A stretch of 64,000 nucleotides of DNA from Cystobasidiomycetes sp. EMM_F5. Taxonomy: Eukaryota. The position numbers and the translations under genes were made by a program. The stretch covers positions 186,001 through 250,000 of the forward strand of contig JBPGPT010000017.1 of NCBI GenBank assembly GCA_051047955.1, read 5' to 3'. Position 1 is the stretch's first letter. Every line of letters starts with the position of its first letter. Positions 40,009 through 52,800 of the stretch are shown here, piece after piece. The notes beneath the pieces are model-generated. The model saw only the letters and a list, made by a program, of their open reading frames with translations, ran no database searches and was not told the DNA's origin.

Positions 40009-42173
40009 TCATGTATTCCTACGCATCTTGAGCTTAAAGCAAGATTCGCAATGCGGTTTCCCCTGGTGCACGAGGAATGTTCCATCACCGAAAGGCGCGC
40101 GACAACCCTGTCAATTTTGACAAGCCATCAGCTCCTGACTCCGCGCCAAGCGACAAGAGGCGCTCACCTCGCAGACAAAACAATCTTCACACCAATTCTT
40201 ACTGAGTGCGCGCAGGACATCTCCTGGTATCGGTTTCCTACAAGCTGAGCATTTCGGTTTGTGCAGTTTCAGATTACATGGTTCGCAATAGGCATGGCCT
40301 TTATGTACTGTAAATGGCTTTGCTTGATTTTCGGAGTATACAGCGCCATCGTCGCTACTGTCGTTTTGCGCTTTCGGGTCCACAAAAGGGTCGCCACAGT
40401 TCGCGCAGAAAAAGTGTAGCTCGTGATAGGTCTTCTTGCCTCCCAGATGTACGTCATCAATGGTAATGTACGTTTCATCGACGATGGGCGTCTGGCAGTG
40501 CGCGCATCGAATGGAGAAGAGCTGTGATTGGACATATAATAGCTCAGCTTTACGCAATGTAGAAAATCGCAATATAGACTGCAACTGACCTCATGGTAGT
40601 CGACATGACAGTAAGGCCTCCCATCTTTTGAAAAGAATTCGAGATGTTCCAATTTTGTCGAGCACTGTACGCAGACAAAACAATCTGGATGCCATCTCTT
40701 GCCCATGGCGCTTACTGTCCTGCCGTACAGGACCGGTTTCGTGCATCCCGGACAAGCGATTGCGTACGCTTTCGTCCTTGTCGCCATTGGGACAGAGGAG
40801 ACTGGCAGTGGAACCTTTTCATCCGTTTCTTGGATCGGCTCGAAATAGTCGTCTGAAGTCGCTGTTGATATTCTAGGAGAAGGAGGGGCAACGGAGATGG
40901 ATATAGTTGGTGCGCTTGTGGATGATCCATTCGGCTCATCGGATACTTCGTCAAAGCTGAAGGAGGGGATAGGAGGCGGTTCGTTGGGTCGCTGCTTTGT
41001 AGGTGTCTGGTTCGTATCGACAGCTATGGAGGGCACATTGCTTGTAGGGTTCTGATCCGCATCGACAGCTATGGAAGGTACACTGCTTGAAGGGTGAGGG
41101 GACCCTTTGGTCATGGTATTCAAGTCCAAAGAAACGTCTTCAACACCTTTACCCGTCCAGTGTTGGTTGCGGACATGCGCTCGAGCAGACGCAAACGATG
41201 CAGGCGGTTTAGAAATTGGGGAATGATTGGCCTCTCCAGGAGATGTGACGTCAAAGATCGATGGGAGGGACGGCGGTTTCGGGAGAGGCCTCCGCATACT
41301 CCCATTACTGGTCATGCTGGTAGTGGAGACTGTAGAAGCGGAAGACGAGGACCGCGACAGTACCGGCGATATATCGCCTTGAGGAGCTGTCGCTGCTCTT
41401 TGAGGGGGTATGCTGGTCGAGGGATGTACAGGAACGGTGGGCAGAGGGCGTCGGCCAGAGACGGACCCAGCTGTTCGAGATGGACTTCCATTAGACGATG
41501 GTTGAGGCTCTGTAATAGGGGATGGCAAGGTATTTCTGCGCGGCTGAGACGAATGTACACGCGGCGGAGGAGGATGAGCGTGAAGAGGAGGGTCGTGTAG
41601 TTCTGCATGTTGAGTGTGTTGGGTGACAGGAGTACTATTTTGAGGTGGATCAAAGAATGCTTGATTGAGTTGCGGTCGGGGGCTGACGGGTCGCACTGGG
41701 GATGAGTGCTCTGAGTCTGGTCCAGCCATGAGGGAGGGTTTTGACCAAGGGGACGATAAGTTATTGGCGCTTTGTTGGATGTATGTCGGCAATGCAGGCT
41801 GCGAGTGGTGTGGCGAATGACCTGGTCTCCAGTTGGTATTCACTCCATTCGCAGTGGGCAAGTGCTGCACCCTGTTACCGGTATAATCACGCTTCCCCGC
41901 ACTCTGCCATCCATTCGGACTCTGCTGCACCGCATTGCCATCACAAAGTCGCGATAATGTTTCGCTGCCAGCAGCAACTTGAACAGGCGACATGGATGAC
42001 GGCGACGGCGGAAAGTCTGGTGCACCGGGCAGGAGGGGAGGCAGCTGTGAAGGTGAGTGCACGCTGTATGGCTGTGGGACTGCATACCAGCTCGGTGATG
42101 GAGTGGGTGACGGTGACGGTGGATGGTGCATATTGCGCTGGAATGGTTGAATGGCTGGCAGCTCACTGCGCAT
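40009..42173 (-). CDS. Proline-rich LIM-domain protein (paxillin/Pxl1-like, 3 LIM domains), 3 exons
   Basis: CPGC...WHPDCFVCVQC...YCHVDY; CAHC...HELHFFCANC...YCEPC; CSAC...WCEDCFVCEGC...HCESC; long P/S-rich N-terminus. Confidence 0.85.
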
Positions 42174-42313
42174 CGACACTGGCAGCGTGTGTGGTACACA
42201 TCATGAATGCAAAGTAGACTGGATAGTCTGAGGAATAGCATGTACGCAACGATCATTTACAATTTATCACAAAGTGATATGCTAGCCCTCTGTAATAGCA
42301 CCCTGCAACACCC

Positions 42314-45300
42314 ATGTCCAGTACCCTCGTCAAGAGCAAGCTCAAAGCTGCTCGTGAGGCCCTGCAGGCCAGGGACTATGTCAAGGCAGAGCAGGCAGCG
42401 AGGTGGATGGCGCTGATTATGACGATAGTGAAGGAATTATTAACAAATACCATAACATTCGTTATCCATACAGCGACGCACTCACCTTTGAATCCTCCAA
42501 CTACAATGCTCGCGTATTCCTCGCAGTCGCAAAGCTCAATCTCGGCAAGCACGAAGAGAGCGAGCAGGCCTACCAGACTGCCATTGGCAACCAGCCAGAG
42601 ACTCTGTTGGCATGGCAGGCAAGCACTTCTACCACTCACATCTCACTCGTGTCACTACTAATGCCCCACGTATACAGGGCTTGGCAAGCTTCTACGAAAA
42701 GCTATACCAATGGCCTAAATACGTAGAAACGCAGAGAAAGCTGGCAGATCTGGCAAAGGCGGCGTCAGTCGTCTCGACTACATTATTGGTATTACGCTCA
42801 ACCTCCGTTGTTACTAATCCAGCCAGGATGCTGCGAAATGCGCCGAAGCTCTACAAAAGATCCTAAATACGCAACGTGAACATGGGTCAGACGCGGATGT
42901 AAGCTATACCGGTTGCAGTGTGCACGCACACTTACTGTACAATTCGTTTGCAGAAACTCGATGCCCTCAAGCTATTCCTACCGTCATCCGTATACTACGA
43001 TACACTCTCTATGCTTCCCCCACCAGACGCTACAAACCCCAGCGCAACGACAACGTATGAAGCACAGACTTTAATCCACAACTCACTTCCGATATACGAA
43101 GAGCTGTTGGCTGACGAGGAAGCGAAAGAGAGTGCAGCTATAACGGCAGAACTGGCGAGGCGGAGACAACGGTTGACGACCACGACATCTGCAGAAGATA
43201 CCAGACGATCAGTCATGCGCGAAGTCATGACGAGGAGCAAATTGCCATCCCTGTATACCGACATTATGCAGCATCACATGGCAGGTGATGATTTGAGGAG
43301 AGAGACGGAGAATAAGCTGTTGCAGTATCAGTATGACCTGCTACGAGCGTGGCCGGACCCTTTCGCAAATGCCCCTCAATCGGCAGTGACAGAGGAAGCG
43401 AGAGCAAATGCTGAGCGGGAGGCGAAGCTTGCAGCCAGAGAGAAGGACAAGCTACGGGGTATCCTAGTCGACATAGCAGCGGGTATGACGACGCTGCGAC
43501 TTCCCAACGAGCTCGCGTGGGCAATAAGACTCGAATGGGCCGACATGAAAGACGCTGGTAAGCTTACATGGCCCGCTCATTGCCGCTTTATTCATCTGAA
43601 CAATTGGAACCGCAGCCGATTTTGACGTCTATCAGCTTAAGCGATACATCGAGCTCTATCCAGAGGAAGGCCTGTCTCGACTCGCTATACTGGAACTGAA
43701 CCTCACAGACCCGCTCAAGGATGCAACTACCAAAGAGACGAAGCTATCGCTGGAGGAGTGGTCGTCGCAGATTGACGTTAGTACATATTTATTCAGTTTG
43801 GCTAGTGTATTCTTTTTGCTGATGTAGGCTGCGGTGGTACAGGCGGCATTCGAAGCGGCTCAAGACAAGTCTGTCAAGGCACATGTACTCGCTTCGACAA
43901 TCTATCTCCGTCAGAAAGACTATGAGCTGGTGGCTGATGTCGCAGAAGCCGGTTTAAGCGCGCTCGAGCGTCTCCAAGGCGAGATAGGGATGAAGCTTCC
44001 CGGGTTAGCCTGAGCATACTGTACAAGATACTGCCAAAGCCGATCATACTGATTATCTGTCCGCTCACCTAGAATATCATTCATTCTGCAGGTGCATCTG
44101 GCCATTGCTCTCGTCCACCTCAATCCCCCAAGTCATCACCTTCGCGCTCTTCGAATCTTGAATCCGCTTCTCGAGCAGTCGCCGGACAATCTACAGTGTG
44201 CACTTGCCAAAGCGTACATTCATCAGTACGCTGAACGATGGCAAGAGGCATTTGACCTCTTTTCTCGAGTCTACGAGCATGCAGAGGATGATGCCGTCAA
44301 GTTTGAGGCGTTGAGAGAGGAAGCGTGGTGTCTTGGTAACATCGAGGGTCGGTCTGAAGAAGCTTTGGAGGAGTTGCATGAAGTAGCAGTCATCATGGAT
44401 CCTAAAGCAGAGTTTCATCGCGAAGAGAAGGCTCAGGCATGGTGGCGATACGGAGTCTGTCTCGCCAAGCTCAAAGGTGATTGCCCCCCGTTAAGAGTAT
44501 CCACAGATGCATACTGATCTGAATCACCTCCCTAGACTCCGAACACCAGCAAGCGGCGTACGAAGCGTTTATCACGAGCATCAAGCGGGATAATGTCTAT
44601 GCACCGGCATTCAGTGCACTCGGCAACTACTTTTTGACAGGTATCGATCCTCCAGACAAGGACCGTGCTATTCAGTGTTTCCAGAAAGCCTTTGAGCTAG
44701 ATAACCGGCAAGACGAAGCTGCGAGACTCCTAGCGGAGGACTACGCGGAGAATGATGACTGGGACCTCGTAGAATCCGTCGCAAGGCGTGTGGTCTCGAA
44801 TATTACACTGCTTGCCAGACGGGGCGCATCTGCTGCTGCGAACACTGACGCAATGTCGTCCGGAAGCTACACTGCAGTCAAGATAGCTTGGGCGTGGAAG
44901 GCTATTGGTGCCGCTGAATTGGTGCGTACTAACGTTTACTTGCTAACTCGCAACGTAAGATAAGGTAGCTGATGAGCAGATCTGTCTACTTGTACGGATA
45001 CACAGAAGGCCAAGCATTTTCCACAAGCTATCACGGCACTACAGTCTGCTTTACGTGGTGCACAAGATGACGTGAACATCTGGGTACAATTAGCAATGGC
45101 CTATCGAGGAGCAGGCAAACATGTTGCAGCGCTCAAGACGCTCGTCCGAGTTACAACAATGGCTCTTGACAATTGGCACGCAGTCTACCTTATTGGCGAC
45201 ATACAACGACAAATGGGTCTGTTTCAGCCTGCGATCGACAATTTCGAAAAGCTATACAATGACCGACCGGAAGAATTGGCTATCAAAGTGGCCTTGGCAG

Positions 45301-47343
45301 AAACGTATTTGTTGCTCGCGCATAGTGAGACAAGGGCAGGATTCACGTATCGAGCATTTTCCAACGTCTCCTCCGTTCTATCACTCGGTCTCACGTTTGC
45401 GGCGGGCGAAAATGCAGCACCGCGCATCGCTTGGAAATTGATAGGAGACGGGCTCCTGATGCTGTCGAAATTAGTAATCGAAGATACGGACGAAGCTGAC
45501 CAAGAAGGTAGTGATGCTGCCGATGTCCGAGCAATGCTACAGCAAATCCTCCAAGCGATAACGACCGAGGATATCGATACCAAGAATCCGCTTCTACAAG
45601 CAGTTACATGCAAATTACTAACCGATGAAAAGATGAGCGAGATAGCATCAACCTCGTCAGCGTGTCTAGTAGTGGCTGTTCTCTCTTACTCATTACGGAT
45701 GTTATACGAGGGCAAGTCCGGCTCCGGGCGGGGATCAGCATGGTACGATCTCGGACAGGCATTGTTCCTTCTCCGTCCAGTCTACGCGTCGCTCGGATTA
45801 GACACCAAGCAAGATGAAAAGGACGTCACAATGCAGTCGATTCAGTGTCTACGTAATGCCCTGCAGAGAGAACCAATGAATGGCAACTTCTGGAATCTGA
45901 TGGGTATTCTGTCACTGGATACGTCGCCAAAACTGGCTCAGCATAGCTTCATTCGCGCAGTCGAGCTAAACAGTCGTGTGCGTGATGCATATTTGACGGC
46001 GAGGCCTTGGACCTAATGCATTTTGTGTGCAGAGTGCAACGCCATGGACTAATTTGGGACTCTTCTATCTTCGGAACGATGACATTCAACTCGCAAACAA
46101 GGCTTTCCTTCGAGCCCAAATTATCGATCCAGACTACGCACAAGCGTGGCTTGGTCAAGCTGCTCTAGCGCAGATCAACGGCGAGACTGCACAAGCTGAA
46201 GCTCTAATTGCGCATGCCGCTTCTTTCGGTAACGGGGCTGTTGTACGTATGGCTCTCCGTTAAAAAGGGCCGAGGCTAATGCTTCGTGTTACTTGCGTAT
46301 GACAGCCGGAAGCGGAGCTAGCGTTTGCTTTGCATTCATACGAGACATTCAAAAATACTAGACGCAAGAAGCTTCGCGAAGGAGACTCGTTGAATGACCC
46401 TACGCCATCGCACGCAGCAGAGTACATTTCTCATCCTCAATTCCTCGTTTCGCGCTTCAAAGCATCGCACACTACGTCCGCTACAGCTGCTCACCTGCAT
46501 GGCCTCCTGAGTGAACAGCTCGATCAGTACTCGCTCGCCGTCAAAAGCTTCTCGCACGCTGTCACAACCCTTGAAGCAGAATACGAGATAAGCGAGAGTG
46601 CAGAAGTCGAACGGAGATATATTCTCGCTAACATCAGCCTGGCCCGAAGTAGACTTGCCACGGAAGACTACGAAGGTGTTGTCAGTGCGGTCGAAGCTGC
46701 GGAGGCGCTTTTGGGAGAAGACGACGTGCAGGATCTAGAGGAAGAGGTCATGATCCTGCTCACGCAATGTCGACTGCTAAAGGCACTGGCTTGCCACTTT
46801 CAAGGCGACATTGAAATGTGCTTGGAGTTGTTCGAAGGATCCGCAACTACTCTGGCAGAGTACGCAGACACACACGGCAGTCCCAGTGACGCTGTCCAGT
46901 CCCTCAAGGCGCAGGCGACCATACTGCATGCCAAGGCACTCTATGCATCGGACGACGCAGCCCACAAAGAAGCGGCCGAGAAGCTGTTGCTGAAGGTTGC
47001 GGATGCTGACGACGCGACAAAGTCAACACCGTCTCCGCTGCTCATCTCCGCTCTTGGCGCCCTGGTGGTCATGGCTGAACGATCACAGAATGGCGCTTCC
47101 CGTGCTGCCGCTCTCTCCCGGCTGGACCGTCTTCCCATTGATGTGAGATTTGCGGACGATGTCGATGGCGACTTGTCTGCCTTGGAAAGTCTACGTCATG
47201 CAGGCGATGACGTGCAACAGCAGCAGTTGCAACATGCGCTGCACGCGAACCCTGCGGCATCAGGCCTGGCAGCGGACCAAGGCAATGACGACAATGATGC
47301 AATGCACAGAAGACCGTGGAGGGCACATATTGGGACAGGGTGA
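42314..47343 (+). CDS. SKI3: SKI complex TPR subunit Ski3/TTC37, multi-exon
   Basis: KSKLKAAREAL, SSNYNARVFL, LAWQGL..FYEK, FLPSSVYYDTL..LPPPDATNP, YAPAFSALG, CFQKAFELD, AQHSFIRA, WTNLGLFYL, RAQIIDPDY..AWLGQA. Confidence 0.9.
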
Positions 47344-47528
47344 GGATGACGTGATCGAAGTGCGAGGACAAACAGCGTCGTAGAGCGTTCCCATGTCAAC
47401 GGCTGGAGAAGGTCTCGGTAAAACAGGGACACCCGGGGGAGAGCAGGCGGAGAGCTTAGTCATCAGCGACCAAATACTCCAATCACGTCGACACTTAGGT
47501 AAAGTCGACTTCTAGCGCAGGACGTCAT
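47193..47528. promoter_or_regulatory. Cluster of four ATGACGT (CRE/M26-type bZIP) motifs
   Basis: ACGTCAT 47193-47199, ATGACGT 47207-47213, ATGACGT 47346-47352, ACGTCAT 47522-47528. Confidence 0.45.
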
Positions 47529-47561
47529 GGGAAAAGCGGAAACTTGATTCGTTCTCAGACA

Positions 47562-47567
47562 TATAAA
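47562..47567 (+). promoter_or_regulatory. TATA box of the secreted-protein gene
   Basis: TATAAA about 105 nt upstream of ATG 47671, followed by a CT-rich tract. Confidence 0.55.
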
Positions 47568-47670
47568 TTCGAGTCTGGTTCCTCGCCTCTCTCTTCCTTT
47601 TCTGCCATCCAAAGCACTCTTCAACCTCCTCGCTCTATAAACAACACCATCTCCACCACCAATTCGCACA

Positions 47671-48513
47671 ATGAAGTTCGGTAGCTTCCTGTCATCCGGC
47701 CTTGTCGTCGTCGAACTCCTCGCAGCCTCGACCTGCGCCAATCCCATCGACATTGAAAAGCGTGATGCCGTTAGCGGCGCCGAGGGCATTCTCAATTCCG
47801 CTACTGCCCAAGTCCACGGTATCGGTCTCAGTAAGTGTCCGATAACTCCCAATCATGCGTAAATGGCACTGAAATGATCCTTCACCCAGAAATCGCTGCT
47901 GCCGTACCTCTGACAAACTTTCATGATGCGGCATCAATCAAGACGCACATCGTTCCCCTCGTATCACAAATCAACGGCGTTGTCGGAGACGCAGCTGGCA
48001 AGATTAATGCACTTGCAAAAGCCAAAAAGGCCGGCGCAGCAAAGGAAAAACGCCAGAGCGCCGATGCTCTCGCTGCTGCTCGTAAGTCTGAGCACCACTG
48101 TCTTTGAACAACATGGATCTGATGTACCCGCTTGCTTGACAGTTGTTGCTCTGATCCAAGCAGTCTACGCGGCATTGCTACCTCTCCTTACTTTCTTGCA
48201 AACCATTCCTCGTAAGCCTATCACTACAGACATACTTAATAAACTCAGCATTCTAACTTCACTCTCGGCATGCAGTTGTCCTCCTGCTTTTAGGACCTCT
48301 CCTTGCAGGCCTCAACGGCAATTTGGTCCTCATTGCAACTGGTCTTGGCATTATTTTAGCTGGCGTCCTCGATGTCGTCCGTGATCTTCTTGCTGGCCTT
48401 GCTGGCGCTCTCGGAGGAAGTAAGTGATCATGATCTGTCTCAGTCATCTAACAGCTGACTGTTTATCCTTGATAGTTGGACTTGGTGGTCTTCTAGCCCT
48501 CCTTGGCCTCTAA
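47671..48513 (+). CDS. Small secreted hydrophobic protein (~200 aa, 5 exons) with two Kex2 sites; SC15/repellent-like
   Basis: Signal peptide MKFGSFLSSGLVVVELLAASTCA, NPIDIEKR and AKEKR sites; four GTAAG...AG phase-1 introns splice cleanly; ends LGGLLALLGL*. Confidence 0.8.
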
Positions 48514-48995
48514 ACCTCAATGCTGTCCTCGATACAGTCGCCCGTTCATTCGCGAAATACAAAAAAAGATAGAAGCGTGAGAAAAGTTGAAGAAAAGTGC
48601 AAAAGTAGCTACGGGAGTAATTTCGTAATCATTCCGTCTTCATAGTACACACGTAAGAAATTAAAGACATTGTTGAGTATTCAAGTCCTTTCCTTTGGCC
48701 AAGTCAACACAAAAATTGTTGGCACCATTGCCCATTTGGTGCAAACCCGCTTCCGTTCGTTCAAGCATGATAATGATTGCAGCACAGTATACCAACAATA
48801 GCCTAACCTGTACAGCGGCTGAAAAGTGCGAAGAAAGTCATTGGTACAAGCAGGCGTTTGGTGACTAGCAGCTACATAAATGGCGAGGGCGTGCAACCAA
48901 CAGACCGGAGACACTTGAGCACGATCAGAACGATCGTCTGAATTACTGTCATTCGGCTGTGCAGTTGACAGCTGTTAAGTGTGATCCTATTCCAG

Positions 48996-51363
48996 CTACA
49001 TGTGGTGTGGCATTGATCCTGACTGATTTTGCAGTTGATTCATGTATGCACCGACAGTAACGTTGCCATTGAGCGCTCCAGGAGGCAAAGGTCCGCCCAT
49101 GGCAGGATTGCCCAACTGGCAGTCCTTGTGCGCGATCAGTAGCCGCCTCAAGCCCGCCACTTCATCACGTAACGAAGTGACTGTAGATTGAAGAGTGTCA
49201 TTATCGGCAGTAAGGTATTCAACTCTTTGTTGAAGTTGCTGCAGCCATTGCTTCTTCCTTTGTCGACACTTGAGTGCAGCTATTGACGATGACAGGCTCA
49301 TTATTAGCTGCTGAACCAAGAGGACTACCTAGCATTGAATGTAAACCCACCCTGCCGATTCCTTTCCAGAAAATTCTTTCGCTTGTCCTCTTCGGTCTCG
49401 AATTGCTGCTTTGGACCCTTCTGGCCCCCTTTGCTCGACGGTCCAATGCTACCGCCTCGCTCTCCACCCTCAAAGCTGCCCGCTTGGCTAAGACCATCGT
49501 CCATATCATCGCCGTCATCCATGTCAAACTGCCCATTCCCAAGCAGCTGATCATCAAATTCATTGTCTGATGATACTTTCTTCGCTGCAGCTGAACGACG
49601 GCTCGTTGTTCGTTTTGCCTTTTTCGGCTCGACTTTGGGGACTTGCTGAGTGGATGCAGTTGTATTGTTGGCACCTCGTTTGCGCTTTGCGCCAGCCGGC
49701 TGCAGAGGCCCGTCTGCCTGATTTGACTCGTTCATGCCTGAGTTACCATTGCTTGGACCCTTTGCCAAAGCTGCATTGATTGCGCTGTCAAGCGTCATAT
49801 CAGGAGGTGCCACGGGCTGATTGCGCGAGTTTGTTGCTGACGGCAATTGCAGGTTCACTTGTGTCGGCATGTATTGGCGAAGTGCTGCAGAGGCATTGAT
49901 CATATTACCTGGATTCATAGTAGACGGCACGGGCGGAGGTCCGCCAACATAGGCAGGTCGAGGGGTGCTCAAGCCAGACAGGGCAGCCGCTGCGAGAAGC
50001 GCATCATCGTTTATTGCTTGCTGGATCGGGTCGAGCGGCGCACTCTCAATGTTGACGATGGGTTGGTTCTGCACATTATGCATTTGTGCGGGTGGAATAC
50101 TGTACGGAGGAAGAGGTCGTGGCATAGCTTGGTGCGCAAAGACATGTCGCGGTGGAGATGCATGAAGGCTTCCCGAATGGCCTCGACTATTATTACCAGA
50201 ATCGTGCGAGCCGTCCTGACTGCCAAGCGACGACTTGCCTCGCGTAGACCGATTCTGCTGCTGGGGAGAGCCTTGTGACAATACTGGACTCTCGTACATT
50301 GTGCTCCCAACACCAAACTGCGAATCAAATCGATTAGGCTCCGCATCATGATGATGTCGAGGATGAGACATTATAGTGTCCGTTACTGGTTTCGATACAT
50401 TCGTCACATCCGGCGTTTGATTAGTCATTAATGCAAACAGAGCTTGCGTTGCTGGAGAATGTGGACCATAGCTGCTGGTGTCGATGCCCGCTGGTGTAAA
50501 ACCTGTACGAATTGAAGATGGGTCGAAAGTATTGTGTGCTGTTAAGGGGACAAGGTCAATAAAGCACTCCTGTCTCGATTGCGTGTAGGCTTTCTGCTCA
50601 CTGGTGGCGTTTATAGCAGTGGCGTCACCGCCTAGAGCCCAGCCAAACTGAGAGAACTCGTTACCGGGAGTTTTGACGTAAGGATTTGCTCGATTGACAG
50701 ACACAGAGGGATGGCCAGCGGCTACACCAACAGCGAGCCCTCCCAACCCGCTGGACTGCAATTTTGGCGAATTTGACCGAGCTCGACGGGGTGACGCAGC
50801 AATGACGGATACATTCTTGTTTGATTGATGTGTAGTCGGAGCATACGAGCCCGTCCCAGAGAATGAGTGCTCGAAAGGATTTGGCTCTGCTGCTCTGCTA
50901 TGCTTTCCAAGCCATGCTGGAGATTGCCGGACTGGGGGATCGGAGAGAGCTCGAGTAGTTCTCGCGGCTGACAGGGAATGGAATCAGCCTAGTAGGCATA
51001 ATGTGCACTGTCGACTACGTGCTTACCTTCGTCAGCTTTCGCAGAGGTCTGATCTGCTACACCCTCTCCCCCTGCACCCTTTGCGTTTCTATCGCTGGAA
51101 AACGGTGTATCATTATCGTCGCCGTCGCTGTCCTCGGCTTTGATGGCCTGGGCGTCCTTCAAAGACGAGGCAGTGGAAGGCCTCAGCCAGGACGGGGTGG
51201 AAGCTCCAGCCGAGGTGGGTCCGCCAAAGTACAAAAAGTCGGGCGTTCCCAGTCCCGATTTTGGAAAAGCAAAACCTGATGACGAGCCTGGCCTGCCCGA
51301 GCTGCCGTGGTGGTGACCGTGGCCGGTTTCGGCGTGCGGTGAATGCTTCATCGTCGTAGTCAT
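48996..51363 (-). CDS. ATF1: ATF/CREB bZIP transcription factor Atf1, 4 exons
   Basis: AEPNPFEHSF (Aft1 osmotic-stress motif), IRTGFTP, bZIP EDKRKNFLERNRQAALKCRQRKKQWLQQLQQRVEYL...LIAHKDC. Confidence 0.88.
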
Positions 51364-52158
51364 CGCCTTTGCGATATCGTCCAGCTCTCTGCCGCCCAAC
51401 CGAACCCTCGGAAGGAGTCCACTGTATGACGCTTTCTCCCCAAGGCCGCCCACAGAGTGTGTGTCGTATCCGTCGCCGTTGCTGCTCAGCTGCTGCAGCT
51501 CCTCATCGATATATATGCCTTTGCCTTGCCTTTGCTGCCTATTAGTCCTTGTAATTATCCGATTACTCAGACTGGCTCCTGGCGGAAAGCGAGTGCCGTC
51601 ATCGAGCAAGGGATGGAGGCAGTTGAGGGGCTGACTAAGCAGATCCTAATTGGAGTAAGTTGGATTAGGCTGGATTAGCACCATGACTATCAAAGCAGAA
51701 CAGGCAGTCTTCTAGTACTCTACCGTCGAGTCCGTGTGGTAGTGCTGATAGTGCTTCAAATACCGAACGGCCAGGTGAAGTTCCGCAATAATGATGCGGA
51801 GAAGGGCGACAAACATAACGACTGCACGGTGAAGATAGCGTACCCCCCATAACTACATTCCAATACATGTAACCACATTGACATAGCTGATCCCTCGAAT
51901 GCGCGGATTACCTTAAAGACTGATTATGCCCGTGTTGGTCACACTCGAAAGTATATATATATGAATGCCCCGTCACTACCCTCATACTGCGCCTTATGGC
52001 CTCTTCCACGCGTACACTGACATCCACTCCTATGTTCATTCGGCGAACATCGCTGCGGTGCCCGCCCGGTAAGAGTGTGATAGGGAAGACTGAGGCAAGA
52101 TTCACGGACCTCCATTGAGTACGGCTTGCTTTGCGTGCTTGTTACATGACGAGCAGCA

Positions 52159-52800
52159 ATGCATCTCTTACCGGACCTGCTCACGCTGTGTTTTCTGCAA
52201 GCGTCTCTCACCCTCGCCATGCCCATGATCGACTCTGCACTGGGTAAGACCCATCTCATGGAGCGCAATCTCACAAGCAGAGGGGTCCCGGGATGCGACA
52301 CGATATGGAGAAGTGGCATGTCCGATTTATACGAGCTCGGCAATGGCGGCTTCGACGGTTGTAAGCCATACACGGACAGAGTGCCGCACAACGGCCGTGA
52401 TCCAGTATTGTATGGGGGACCATGCTACTCTGGCCTAAGTTAGTGCAGACCATTGGTCAGCTGTCCAATATTGCTGATACATAACCTCGCAGAGGACCGT
52501 CTTGCATGCAACACACAAGAGTCTCTAGGCCATCCGGAATCAAGCTGGGAGCCCTGCGTATTTCAGTGTCGAGAAGTTTCGGCAGGAGATTGGGTATGGG
52601 TCAAGGTCAGCACATGCAATGCACAGAACGTCGGACAGAACTCGATGACCCCGACGGGTCCCACCTCGTTTCCGTCTGGACATGGTCAGCTTCTCCCCAT
52701 GTGCGGCTACGCTGGATCGGGAGATAGTTGGTGCTGCGGGGCGTATGACCCGAACGATCTCATGTCAAAGGTCAGATGCGTCAGTAGTATCAGTGGTTAG
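52159..52800 (+). CDS. Small secreted cysteine-rich protein (~195 aa; intron 52439-52492), orphan
   Basis: Signal-like MHLLPDLLTLCFLQASLTLA, pro-region ending MER/TSR; GTTAGT...CTGAT...GCAG intron joins two ORFs in frame; 10-11 Cys in the mature part. Confidence 0.7.
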
